Notes under the pieces: generated by a model
Databases searched by the model: none
Seen by the model: the letters and a program-made list of their open reading frames with translations, nothing else
Told to the model about the DNA's origin: nothing
Translations under genes and position numbers: made by a program
Part shown: positions 1-8,632 of the stretch, in pieces
Layout of the letters: each line of letters opens with the position of its first letter
Numbering within the stretch: the stretch's first letter is position 1
Assembly: GCA_035486035.1 (NCBI GenBank)
Contig: DATHNL010000072.1
Location: 2,069 to 66,068 of the forward strand
Origin: Gemmatimonadaceae bacterium
GTDB taxonomy: Bacteria > Gemmatimonadota > Gemmatimonadetes > Gemmatimonadales > Gemmatimonadaceae
Reading direction: 5' to 3'
Length of the DNA: 64,000 nt

Positions 1-460
1 GCAAGCCGCGGGTCTCGCCGTCGACAATGGCGTCCTGGTGAATGAGTACCTGGAGACGAGCCGCGCGGGTGTCTGGGCGGCTGGCGACATTGCGCGGTGG
101 CCCGATCCGCACACGGGCCATCGGCTTCGTATCGAGCACTGGGTCGTCGCGGAGCGACAAGGTCAGATCGCCGCGGAGAACGTGCTGGGCTTCGCCCAAC
201 GATGCGATATGGTGCCGTTCTTCTGGAGCCAGCACTACGACATGACGATCCGCTATCTCGGCTTCTCGCTGCCCTGGCAGCACGTCACCATCGCCGGCGA
301 CCTCGCGGCGCATCACGCGGCGGTGGTCTATCGGGCTGGCAAGACCGTCGGGTTCGCGACACTCGACGAAGACCGTATCAATCTCGACGCCGAGGTCGCG
401 ATGGAGCGCAATGACGAGAAGGCGCTCGACGCCCTGGTCCCTCCGACGAACAGCATTTAA
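1..460 (+). CDS. FAD-dependent pyridine nucleotide-disulfide oxidoreductase (ferredoxin-reductase/AIF-like), C-terminal fragment; 5' end lies outside the window
   Basis: Frame 2 is open from base 2 (QAAGLAVDNGVLVNEYLETS...). It carries the VWAAGDIA FAD motif followed by a reductase C-terminal domain. Stop at 458-460. Confidence 0.8.
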   Translation, partial: QAAGLAVDNGVLVNEYLETSRAGVWAAGDIARWPDPHTGHRLRIEHWVVAERQGQIAAENVLGFAQRCDMVPFFWSQHYDMTIRYLGFSLPWQHVTIAGDLAAHHAAVVYRAGKTVGFATLDEDRINLDAEVAMERNDEKALDALVPPTNSI

Positions 461-506
461 GAGCCAACACCGCAAGACTTTCCGGCCTTTCGATCGTCAT
501 AGTGAT

Positions 507-537
507 GTCAGTCACGGAGAGCGACTTTCTGACTGAC
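507..537 (+). promoter_or_regulatory. Hairpin in the leader of the ANTAR regulator gene
   Basis: gtcagtc (507-513) pairs with gactgac (531-537). An inner 5-bp helix gagag/ctttc includes one G-U pair. The hairpin lies about 30 nt upstream of an AGGAGG Shine-Dalgarno and the GTG at 567. Confidence 0.25.
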
Positions 538-566
538 TAAGTTGTGGCACGATCTTAGGAGGATCA

Positions 567-1211
567 GTGTCGTTACGGGTTGTCGTCGCGCAGTCCGCCA
601 TGATTCGTACGCGTGCCATGTCCCAGCGCCTCGCCGCGCTGGGCTATGACGTCGTCGCGCAGGTGACGACGATTCGCGAGGCGGTCGACGCCGTGTCGAC
701 GACCGAGCCCGATGCCGTCCTCTTCGATGTGCACTTGAGCGACGGCGCGGGTGTGCACGGCGCGATCAGCGTGACGCGCGCGCGTGCCGGAACCGCTGCC
801 CTCGTGCTCTCGACGCATCCGTCGCTGACTGACCGCGCCGCGCGGCCCAACTGGGGGCCGGTCGCGCTCATCTCCGCCAACGCGCTCGATGGCGATCTCG
901 ACGCGGATGTCCAAGAGATCGTCGCGACCGCGCGAGCGATAGCCGATGAGGTGGCGGTCGACACCGTCCGGGAAATCCCGGACAACGATCTCCCGCTCGT
1001 CGATGTCGACGTCGAGCCAACGGAGCCCGAAGTCGAGCTGAGCGAGTCCCGTGAAATAGTCGTCGAGCGCGCCGTGGCACAGATCGTCGCGCGCACGCGT
1101 CTCACGCCGGCCGATGCCCTGAAATTGATGGAAGAGGAAGCCGACGAAGACGGCCGGGATATTCTCGAAGTCGCCGCGGCGATTCTGGCCGAGGCTGACC
1201 AGGCAGCCTAG
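567..1211 (+). CDS. ANTAR-domain RNA-binding regulator with a degenerate (pseudo-)receiver domain
   Basis: The N-terminus has a CheY-like fold pattern (VVVAQSAM...DAVLFDVHLSDGAG...ALVLSTH). An acidic linker follows. The C-terminus looks like ANTAR (ERAVAQIVARTRLTPADALKLMEEEADEDGRDILEVAAAIL). A strong AGGAGG precedes the GTG start. Confidence 0.85.
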   Translation: MSLRVVVAQSAMIRTRAMSQRLAALGYDVVAQVTTIREAVDAVSTTEPDAVLFDVHLSDGAGVHGAISVTRARAGTAALVLSTHPSLTDRAARPNWGPVALISANALDGDLDADVQEIVATARAIADEVAVDTVREIPDNDLPLVDVDVEPTEPEVELSESREIVVERAVAQIVARTRLTPADALKLMEEEADEDGRDILEVAAAILAEADQAA

Positions 1212-1214
1212 GTC

Positions 1215-2372
1215 CTAGGCCACCGCCACCGCGGCCGGTGCGCTGCCGCTCAAGCGCGCGTAATCGGCAAAGAGCTCATCAAAAATCGCGTCCCACGTCC
1301 GCGTGCGCGCGAACGCAAGCGCCTCGCGCGCCAGAACAACGCGCCGTGCGCGATCGAGGACCAACGACAGGACCTGGTCGCCGAACATCTCGGCGTTGCC
1401 CTGCGGGAAGGTCAGTCCGCGGGTGTTGGACAACAGCTCGCGGGTCGGCCCCACATCAGCACCAACCACGGGCAACCCGGACGCCATCGCCTCGAGAATG
1501 ACGTTGCCGAACGTGTCGGTCGCCGACGGGAAGATGAACACATCGGCCGACGCGTAGAACTCGGTGAGCTCGCGCCCGGAGAGGCGCCCCATGAAAATCG
1601 TCCCCGGTGGCGCGAGCCGACGACACTCGGCCTCGTAGGGTCCATCACCCGCGATGGCGCAGACGACGTTCGCGCCCGCGCGCGCGACCACCCGGTGCAT
1701 GCCTTCCATGGCAACCGCCAGGCCCTTCTCGGCGCCGAGCCGGCCGACGTATGCACAGACGACCGTATTGTCGCTCGCGCCGAGTCGCGCACGCAGCGCG
1801 GCCGAGCGAGCGGTAGGAGTGAAGCGCGCGGTGTCGACGCCACGGGACCAGATCGCGGTGCGACGCATGCCGTGAAATTCCAGCTCCTGGCGAGTGGCTT
1901 CGGTCGGCGCGTACGTCCGATCCCCGCTGTTGTGGAACCACCGGAGATAGCGCCACGCGAAGTTGCTCAGGAATCCGAGTCCGTAGAACTTGGTGTACGC
2001 GCTCCAGCTCGTGTGATACGATGACACGAACGGGATGCCGAGCGCGCGCGCGCCACTGCGGGCGGCAAGACCGAGGCCGAACGGGCTTGCGGCGTGCACG
2101 ATCGTCGGCCGCCACTCATCGAGCTCGCGCCTGATGCTCGCGGGTGTCGGCAGCGCGAGTCGATGCTCCGGATAGAGCCACAAGGCCACGCTCGGCCACC
2201 GCCGGATCTCAGGATCGTAGGTCGCGTGCGGATCCGTCGTCGTGAAGACGCGGACCGCGCCGCCGCGATCGCGAACGGCGTCCACGAGCCGCTCGAGCAG
2301 CAGTGACACGCCATTGAGCTGCGGCAGATAGCTGTCGCAAAACAGCGCGAGCCTCAGATCCGTCTCTATCAT
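1215..2372 (-). CDS. Glycosyltransferase family 4 (GT-B, Glycos_transf_1)
   Basis: Motifs GDGPY...FMGRLSGRELTEFYASADVFIFPSATDTFGNVILEAMASGLPVV. The likely start is MIETDLRLALFCDSYLPQLNGVS at 2372. The upstream part of the 441-aa ORF is Arg/Gly-rich junk. Confidence 0.9.
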   Translation of the reverse strand: MIETDLRLALFCDSYLPQLNGVSLLLERLVDAVRDRGGAVRVFTTTDPHATYDPEIRRWPSVALWLYPEHRLALPTPASIRRELDEWRPTIVHAASPFGLGLAARSGARALGIPFVSSYHTSWSAYTKFYGLGFLSNFAWRYLRWFHNSGDRTYAPTEATRQELEFHGMRRTAIWSRGVDTARFTPTARSAALRARLGASDNTVVCAYVGRLGAEKGLAVAMEGMHRVVARAGANVVCAIAGDGPYEAECRRLAPPGTIFMGRLSGRELTEFYASADVFIFPSATDTFGNVILEAMASGLPVVGADVGPTRELLSNTRGLTFPQGNAEMFGDQVLSLVLDRARRVVLAREALAFARTRTWDAIFDELFADYARLSGSAPAAVAVA

Positions 2373-2983
2373 CACGTATGTAAGATATTGAGCGCCCCGA
2401 GGCCGGTCACGACCTGCCAGGCCGAGAGTAGCGCAATAGGGGCGAGGATGAGGAGGCTCGATTCGGGACTGGCCACCCCGATGAGCCCACCGGCCGCGGC
2501 GACCAATGCGAGCGCCGCGGATATTCTGCGTGTCTGCCACTCGGCAACGCCTAGGACGAGCGCTCCCAAGGCAACGATCACGTTACCGAACAGTGCATAA
2601 GTCAAACCAACGTTATGCATGGCGTCGAAGAGGGGAGCCGCTGTCCCACTGCCTGTGGTGTACGCTGCCGCCAGTCGCGTCCCGGCCCGTGCCATAAATG
2701 AGATGTCGTACGCGTTGAGGGCGAGCCCCAGATCGATGAGGCCGAACGCGATCCCAAATCGAAGGGTTTCGCCTGGACCCGAGGCAAGGGCACGGACCCA
2801 CACCCCGGCGATGATCAGTGCCGACCCGGAGAGCATCGCCAGGTGAATGGCTCGGAAGTGGGGCGATGCGGCGATCGTCGTCAGCTCGGCCCCGGCATCC
2901 CCGGTCAGCATTGGATGTAACAGCGCGCCCACGCCGAGTAGCGCGGTTCCGGCCAGCAGGAACACCCCCAGGGTCTTCTGCAC
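2372..2983 (-). CDS. Hypothetical polytopic membrane protein
   Basis: 203 aa with about 6 hydrophobic segments. Its stop TGA shares one base with the ATG of the downstream GT4 gene (TGATG at 2370-2374), which suggests translational coupling. Confidence 0.7.
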   Translation of the reverse strand: MQKTLGVFLLAGTALLGVGALLHPMLTGDAGAELTTIAASPHFRAIHLAMLSGSALIIAGVWVRALASGPGETLRFGIAFGLIDLGLALNAYDISFMARAGTRLAAAYTTGSGTAAPLFDAMHNVGLTYALFGNVIVALGALVLGVAEWQTRRISAALALVAAAGGLIGVASPESSLLILAPIALLSAWQVVTGLGALNILHT

Positions 2984-3062
2984 CGACTTACTAGGCCGAG
3001 CGAGCCCAAGCGAGTTCCTTTCTTTATAGTGACCTCTCTAAGGATGGTGCCGTCCTTCGGGC

Positions 3063-4175
3063 ATGCCAGCACGGCCGCTCGGGGTCGTTCTCCTGACAAC
3101 AGTCATGGCCGCATGTTCCAGCGCTCCCGCCGCTACGCTCAACGGGGGCGCTGATAGCCTGTATGTTGGCGTCGCGTTCAGCACCGATAGCGGAATCGAT
3201 ACGCGGGGTTACGCGAACGGCGTCAAGCTGGCGCTCGACAAGCTGAATGCGACGCGCCCCCACGGCGCGCTCCCCCTCGCGGTCCGGTTGCCGTCGAAGG
3301 GCGCGAGCGATGTGCTCATTGCTGCGTCGTTTCGCGACGACCCCAAGATCATCGGCGTCGTCGGCCATACTGGCAGCGCCGCAACGATCGCGGCCGCGCC
3401 GATCTATGCCGACGCGGAGCACAACGGTCGCCATGCGCTGATCGACATCACGCCCACGGCCACCAATCCTCGCGTCACGAAAACCACGAGTTGGGTGTTC
3501 CGCGTCTGTCCGACGGATGATGATGCGGCCCGAGCCCTGGCTCGGTTTGCCGCGGAGTCCCTGCACGCGAAGCGTGTGGCGATCATTTATCGCGACGATC
3601 TCTTTGGACGCGGCTACACGGTTGCGTTCATGAATGAGCTCACGGCGCATCACGTCCCGGTTATCGAACGTGATCCGTACTTGCGTGGCATTGCCGAGTA
3701 TGACGCCTACGCGATTCGAATGACGCAGCGCGCCGTCGATGCCGTGGTCATTGCCGGCGGCGCAAATGAGGCCGTCGATATCCTGCGGGCGATACGGAAG
3801 GCCGGGAGCCGGGCCAAGTTCCTCGGCAGCGATGACCTTGCCAGCTTTGGATCGGATCCCCTCACCGCTCGGGAGTTCGCCGGGCTGAGATTCACCGCGT
3901 TCTACGACCCGCAGTCAGGGAGCGTGGCGCGGTCGTTCGCGGATGAGTACCAGAAGACATACGGCCTGGCGGCGGATCAGAAAGCAGCGCTCGCGTATGA
4001 CGCGGCGACGCTGATCGCCGAAGCCGTATTCGCCGTCGGCCCCGATCGCTCTCGCGTGCGCAGCTGGGTCGCGCATGCGCCGGAGCTCGACGGCGCGAGC
4101 GGAACGATTCGCTTCAACGGGTCGAGCGGCGATCCCGTCGAGAAACCGGTGGCGATCGGCGTCGTGCACCAATGA
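3063..4175 (+). CDS. LivJ/Peripla_BP_6-type ABC substrate-binding lipoprotein (branched-chain amino acid/amide binding family)
   Basis: Signal peptide with a lipobox ([11 protein letters not shown]). Type I periplasmic binding fold pattern ([19 protein letters not shown]..., [14 protein letters not shown]). Confidence 0.9.
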   Translation: MPARPLGVVLLTTVMAACSSAPAATLNGGADSLYVGVAFSTDSGIDTRGYANGVKLALDKLNATRPHGALPLAVRLPSKGASDVLIAASFRDDPKIIGVVGHTGSAATIAAAPIYADAEHNGRHALIDITPTATNPRVTKTTSWVFRVCPTDDDAARALARFAAESLHAKRVAIIYRDDLFGRGYTVAFMNELTAHHVPVIERDPYLRGIAEYDAYAIRMTQRAVDAVVIAGGANEAVDILRAIRKAGSRAKFLGSDDLASFGSDPLTAREFAGLRFTAFYDPQSGSVARSFADEYQKTYGLAADQKAALAYDAATLIAEAVFAVGPDRSRVRSWVAHAPELDGASGTIRFNGSSGDPVEKPVAIGVVHQ

Positions 4176-5875
4176 GTGCCGTCCGCGATCGGCTCCGCGT
4201 GGGCTTCGGCTCCGTCACGCTCACGCTGCTCGCGTGCGGCGGCCTTGGCATCACGGCCCTCGAGGTCGTGCATTCGGATCTGCGCAAGAGTGTGCACCAG
4301 GCAACCGAGGTGACCGGGCGACTCTCGCGCGTGCGCGACGCGACGCTCCGGTTCGTGGCGCTGTCGCAAGCGGGCTTGATGGCATCCACCGCCAATGCCG
4401 ACGATTCGTTGCGGAGCGAGCGCCTGGACACGCTGAGCGCGCAGGCGGCAACCGAGCACGATGCCCTCATGCAGACCGCGTCGCTCGGCACTGACGAGCG
4501 CGTCACGCTCGAGCGGCTCGCCGATCTGCAGGGCGATCTCGAGGTACGATTTGCGGTCGCGCGCGCGTACCGAGATATCGGGCGGCCGGCCGATGCCTTC
4601 CGGGAAGCCTCCATGGCCACGCGCGCGGTGGACACGCTGTTCGACGAAGCGGCCGTCATCGCCCGCGCGCAGGACTTTCGGACCTCGACCACGCTCAACC
4701 ACGTCGAAGGGCTCGTCACTGGCTGGCGCGCCGGCCTGCTGCTGCTGCTCGTGATCGGGCTCGTCTCCACGGTCGTGTTCACGCGGGCGACGGTGCGTGC
4801 GGTCACGCATCCGCTCGATGCGCTGACCGCTGCGGCGCGGACCCTGGGCGACGGGGATCTGCGGACGACGATCCGCCCCGACGGGCTGGACACGGAATAC
4901 GCGCAGTTCGCGGAAGCGTTCGCCGAAACGGCCTCGCGGCTCCGCAAGGCGATCGCGGAGGTGCAGCAAGAGGCGCAGGAAGTCGCCGATTCGGCGTCAT
5001 CGTTGACGGCCGCATCGTCGGCGACCGCGGCGTCGACCGGTGAGATCAGCGATGCCGTGACGCAGGTCGCGAGCGGCGTGACCGCGCAACGCGAGGCGCT
5101 CGCCGCATCGGGTATGGCCATCGAGGACGTCACGCGGTCGACCGCCGGGTTGAATGACGCGGCGGTGCGGGCCAAGAGCATGGGCGAGCGGGTTCGCGCG
5201 GGGGCTACACGCATCCGCGACGGGCTGGGCGAAGCCGTCAAGACGTTCGAGCGTGCGCAGTCGGTCATCAACATGTCGGGTGAGAGCGTTGATGGGCTGC
5301 GGTCCACGGCGGAGACGGTGCAGGCCTTTGTCGACCGCGTGCGGGAGATTGCCGAGCAGTCGAATCTCCTCGCGCTCAATGCGGCCATCGAGGCCGCGCG
5401 CGCCGGCGATCATGGCCGCGGGTTCGGCGTCGTCGCCAACGAAGTCCGCCAGCTCGCGACTCAGAGCTCGGCGGCCGCGAGTGAGGCGGCCCGCATCGTG
5501 AACGGCATGCGCGATCAGTTCGCGACGGCGTCCAAGGCATACCGCTCCAGTGTCGCCGAGCTCGGCGACGTCGGCCGGGTCTCGAAGGCGACGGCCGACG
5601 CCCTCGTCGCGATCGACGGCGCAGTCGACGGCACCGCCGCCATCGCCGTCGCCGTCGGCTCCGCCGCCGACACGAGCCGCCAGGCCGTCGAACAGCTCAT
5701 CTCGCGCGTGCGGTCGACCGCCAAGCAGGCGGACGAGCAGGGTGCCCGCGCCGAGGGCGCCGCGGCGGCTGCCGAACAGACTGCGGCGACGGCTCAGGAA
5801 GTGGCGGCGACGGCTTCACACCTGGCCGACAGCGCGCTCCGTCTTCGCACCGTCGCGAGTCGCTTTAAGGTCTGA
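4172..5875 (+). CDS. Methyl-accepting chemotaxis protein (periplasmic helical sensor domain, HAMP, MCP signalling domain)
   Basis: Two TM segments and a HAMP domain ([19 protein letters not shown]). Highly conserved hairpin tip [39 protein letters not shown] overlap with the upstream binding protein at 4172-4175. Confidence 0.92.
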   Translation: MSAVRDRLRVGFGSVTLTLLACGGLGITALEVVHSDLRKSVHQATEVTGRLSRVRDATLRFVALSQAGLMASTANADDSLRSERLDTLSAQAATEHDALMQTASLGTDERVTLERLADLQGDLEVRFAVARAYRDIGRPADAFREASMATRAVDTLFDEAAVIARAQDFRTSTTLNHVEGLVTGWRAGLLLLLVIGLVSTVVFTRATVRAVTHPLDALTAAARTLGDGDLRTTIRPDGLDTEYAQFAEAFAETASRLRKAIAEVQQEAQEVADSASSLTAASSATAASTGEISDAVTQVASGVTAQREALAASGMAIEDVTRSTAGLNDAAVRAKSMGERVRAGATRIRDGLGEAVKTFERAQSVINMSGESVDGLRSTAETVQAFVDRVREIAEQSNLLALNAAIEAARAGDHGRGFGVVANEVRQLATQSSAAASEAARIVNGMRDQFATASKAYRSSVAELGDVGRVSKATADALVAIDGAVDGTAAIAVAVGSAADTSRQAVEQLISRVRSTAKQADEQGARAEGAAAAAEQTAATAQEVAATASHLADSALRLRTVASRFKV

Positions 5876-7588
5876 CCGCGATCCCGTCGCGCCGAGCAGG
5901 TCGCTGCGTGACACCATGCCGATGACGGTTCGCGGGGCAGCGCGGGTGACGACGGGGAGGCGTCCGACGTCCTCGCGGAGCATGTGATCCGCGGCCTCCC
6001 GGGCCGAGTTGTCGTCGAAGATGACGACGGGCACCCGGCGGATGAGGTCGGAGACGATGGCGGTGAGCGGCAACTCCAGATCGAGCAGATCGCGCCGGGT
6101 GACGACGCCAACGACTTCGCCCTTGTCGTTCAGGACGGCGAAGCCCTGGTGCGATGAGCCCGGCGCGCGGCCTACCATCCAATCGCGGACGTCCTCGACG
6201 CCGTCGTCTGCCCGTAGCGTCACGGGCGATGTCGACGCGATGTCGCGTACGAGGATGCGGTCGAGATAATCGGCGTGCATCTCGGGTCGGATGCGGGTGC
6301 CCCGTCGCGCCAATTTCTCGGTCATGATCGAGTGCGGCATGAGCCGCAATGACACGAGGTACGCGGTGGCGCATCCGGCGAGCACCGGCAGCAAGCCATT
6401 CGGCTGCCGCGTTGCCTCGAACGCGAAGACGGTCGAGGCGAGGATGGCGTGCGACGCGCCCGCGAACATCGCGGCCATGCCGACGAGGGCCGACATGCGC
6501 GGGTCGACGTGCACCAAGGCGCCGGCGAGAGCGCCCAGTCCGCCGCCGATGGTCATGAGCGGCGCGAGGGTTCCGCCGGAGGTCCCGCTCGCCAGCGCGA
6601 TCTCCCAGGAGATCAGTTTGCCGACGACGAGGAGTACCAGGGCCGTCCCCACGATCGACCCGCTGAGGATGTGATCGATGTTGTCGTAGCCGACGCCCAG
6701 GGTATGGGGCGCGAAGTAGCCGACGATGCCAACGGCGACCGCGCCGATCGCGGGCCACCACATCCAGTGGACGGGCAGTCGCTCGAACAGGTCCTCGATG
6801 GCATACAGTGCCCGAGTGATGCCGACAGACGCCAGGCCGATGACGAAGCCAAGCGCGACATAGACCGCGAGGTCGATGCCACTGGGCGGCGACACGGTGG
6901 GCATCGCGAAAATCGGCGTCCATCCCATGAACGCCGCGCGGATGCCAGTCGCCGTGACGGAGGCAAGCGCCACCGGGATCAGTGATCGCGGGCTGTACTC
7001 GAACAGCAGGAGCTCGATGGCGAGCAAGACAGCGGAGACCGGGGTGCCGAATGTCGCGGCCATACCGGCGGCCGCGCCGGCGGCGAGCAGCGTTTTGCGC
7101 TCGATGGCGGTCGTGTGGCGGATCTGCCCAATGACTGATCCGAGCGCGCCGCCCGTGGCGATGATCGGGCCCTCGGCTCCGAACGGGCCGCCGGTGCCGA
7201 TGGCGATGGCGGCGGAGACGGGCTTGAGGAATGTGATGCGGGCCGGGATCCGGCTCTCGTTGAGGAGGACCTGCTCCATCGCTTCCGGGATGCCGTGGCC
7301 CCGGATGGCCTCGGAACCGAACCGGGCCATGAGGCCGACGATCAGGGCGCCGATGACCGGGACGAGGATGACGCCGAGTCCCAGGTGGTTGTCGGCTGGC
7401 GAGGTGAATGAGGTCGAAAGGCGCGAGTAGAACGCGAGGTTTGTGATGAACCCGATAAGGCGCGTCAGGAATTGGGCGGCGAGGGCCGCGAGCACAGCGA
7501 CGCCGACCGCGAGGCCGGATATAGCGAGTGTCCGGTCGGGGGCCCCGAGAGACGGCGTACGGATCTCTGGCGATTCCATTGGTATCAA
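5816..7588 (-). CDS. ClC-family chloride channel / H+-Cl- antiporter with a C-terminal CBS pair
   Basis: ClC selectivity motifs [22 protein letters not shown] and [11 protein letters not shown]. The C-terminus has tandem CBS-like repeats ([20 protein letters not shown]). Confidence 0.92.
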   Translation of the reverse strand: MIPMESPEIRTPSLGAPDRTLAISGLAVGVAVLAALAAQFLTRLIGFITNLAFYSRLSTSFTSPADNHLGLGVILVPVIGALIVGLMARFGSEAIRGHGIPEAMEQVLLNESRIPARITFLKPVSAAIAIGTGGPFGAEGPIIATGGALGSVIGQIRHTTAIERKTLLAAGAAAGMAATFGTPVSAVLLAIELLLFEYSPRSLIPVALASVTATGIRAAFMGWTPIFAMPTVSPPSGIDLAVYVALGFVIGLASVGITRALYAIEDLFERLPVHWMWWPAIGAVAVGIVGYFAPHTLGVGYDNIDHILSGSIVGTALVLLVVGKLISWEIALASGTSGGTLAPLMTIGGGLGALAGALVHVDPRMSALVGMAAMFAGASHAILASTVFAFEATRQPNGLLPVLAGCATAYLVSLRLMPHSIMTEKLARRGTRIRPEMHADYLDRILVRDIASTSPVTLRADDGVEDVRDWMVGRAPGSSHQGFAVLNDKGEVVGVVTRRDLLDLELPLTAIVSDLIRRVPVVIFDDNSAREAADHMLREDVGRLPVVTRAAPRTVIGMVSRSDLLGATGSRSDLKATRDGAKTERAVGQV

Positions 7589-7644
7589 TCTAATTCGCCA
7601 ATGAAGGCTTTACCGAACCGCCTGGTACGTCATAGTCTCGCACT

Positions 7645-7664
7645 GTGTAACACTACCGTTACAC
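7645..7664. promoter_or_regulatory. Inverted repeat GTGTAAC-N6-GTTACAC in a divergent intergenic region
   Basis: Perfect 7-bp arms at 7645-7651 and 7658-7664, between the ClC gene (start 7588, minus) and the lipoprotein gene (start 7689, plus). Confidence 0.2.
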
Positions 7665-7688
7665 GCGAATTTTGCCCATCGTCTACCC

Positions 7689-8225
7689 ATGCGATCGTTA
7701 CGATGGGGAGAAGCCGCCCTCATCGCAGCCTTGGTCGGCTGCGCATCCGCGGGCACACGCGAGAGCGAGGCGATTACGCCCGCCCGCGTCGCGATTTTCT
7801 ACACACCCCTTGGCGTCTGTTCGGCGTTCGCTACGACGTCAGGGTATGCCGCTGAGGACAACGGTCCCGGGATGATCTTCGTCGTCGCCCGGATCGACTC
7901 CGTGCTCACGAACGAAGACTTCGCGTTCGATCCCTCGCGTATGTACGTGAACAGTCCCGGTCAGACCGAGCATGGTGGCGCATTCGACCGGCAGTTCACG
8001 ACCGTCGAGCGGACCGATGTGCCCGCCGGTGGCGTCCCACACCCGCTCGGCGACCTCGCCGTCGGGTATCGCACGGCCGCGGCGACCATGGTGTACGACG
8101 CGCATTCGTTCCCGCTCAAGTACGATGAGCGCGGCGTCATCGTCCGGCAGAGTCACGGCGACTCGCGGGCTTCTACGCGTGGGTCCTGCGGGGAGACGGC
8201 GGTCTTCACCGGCGGCGGGTACTAG
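7689..8225 (+). CDS. Hypothetical lipoprotein
   Basis: Signal peptide with lipobox AALVGCAS. GC3-rich codons. No recognisable family. Confidence 0.65.
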   Translation: MRSLRWGEAALIAALVGCASAGTRESEAITPARVAIFYTPLGVCSAFATTSGYAAEDNGPGMIFVVARIDSVLTNEDFAFDPSRMYVNSPGQTEHGGAFDRQFTTVERTDVPAGGVPHPLGDLAVGYRTAAATMVYDAHSFPLKYDERGVIVRQSHGDSRASTRGSCGETAVFTGGGY

Positions 8226-8273
8226 CATCCTCGTATTACCGGACCCCTTGCGTGGCGATGGGGAACTAGCCTA

Positions 8274-8301
8274 ACGTCGAGGTCATGGGTGACCTCGACG
8301 T
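8274..8301. promoter_or_regulatory. 12-bp perfect inverted repeat straddling the padR start codon (candidate operator or start-codon-sequestering hairpin)
   Basis: acgtcgaggtca (8274-8285), spacer tggg, tgacctcgacgt (8290-8301). The padR ATG is at 8285-8287. Confidence 0.4.
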
Positions 8302-8632
8302 CAGTCTCACGCGCGGGACGCTGGATCTTCTGATACTGAAGGCCCTGAGCTGGGGCCCGCGGCATGGCTACGCGGTCGCGGAGTGGATCGAGTCCGCCAC
8401 CAGTGCCGCGCTGCTCGTGGGGGAGGGCACGCTCTACCCGGCGTTGCACCGCCTCGAGCGCCAGCGGCTCGTGGATGCCGACTGGGGCCTCTCCGACAAC
8501 AATCGCCACGCGAAGTTCTATCGCCTGAGCCCCGCCGGCCGCCAACGGCTGGTCACCGGCACCTCGGCGTGGCACGAGTTCGTGGAGGCCGCGAGCCGGG
8601 CACTGCGCGCCACGGCTCCGTTGCCCGCATGA
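8285..8632 (+). CDS. PadR-family transcriptional regulator
   Basis: Winged-helix PadR pattern LDLLILKALSWGPRHGYAVAEWIE...GTLYPALHRLERQRLV...KFYRLSPAGR. Confidence 0.92.
   Translation: MGDLDVSLTRGTLDLLILKALSWGPRHGYAVAEWIESATSAALLVGEGTLYPALHRLERQRLVDADWGLSDNNRHAKFYRLSPAGRQRLVTGTSAWHEFVEAASRALRATAPLPA

Noticed and set aside
567-4175. An AmiR/AmiC-like amide-sensing pair, formed by the ANTAR pseudo-receiver regulator plus the LivJ-fold protein. This would be attractive given the nitrile hydratase elsewhere in the window.
   Set aside because: The LivJ-like protein has a lipoprotein signal peptide, so it is periplasmic, whereas AmiC is cytoplasmic. It is translationally coupled to a chemoreceptor. 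It is separated from the ANTAR gene by two opposite-strand genes. No amidase is present.
3977-5388. Minus-strand ORFs of 330 and 424 aa opposite the chemoreceptor gene.
   Set aside because: The plus-strand frame carries the unmistakable MCP signalling hairpin. The antisense products are Ser/Arg/Ala low-complexity sequence.
8383-8628. An N-terminal extension of the ADOP permease ORF (the track lists a 973-aa product starting at 8383).
   Set aside because: The extension runs through padR in another frame and is Arg/Pro/Gly junk. The family N-terminus (MTRRPFRL...DVDEEIAFHI) begins at 8629, with an ATGA junction to padR. Similar over-extensions were trimmed for 1215-2540, 11475-12407, 16125-16844, 17874-18470, 26353-27180, 27541-29550, 35972-36538, 37186-39816, 44355-45617 and 47314-48777.
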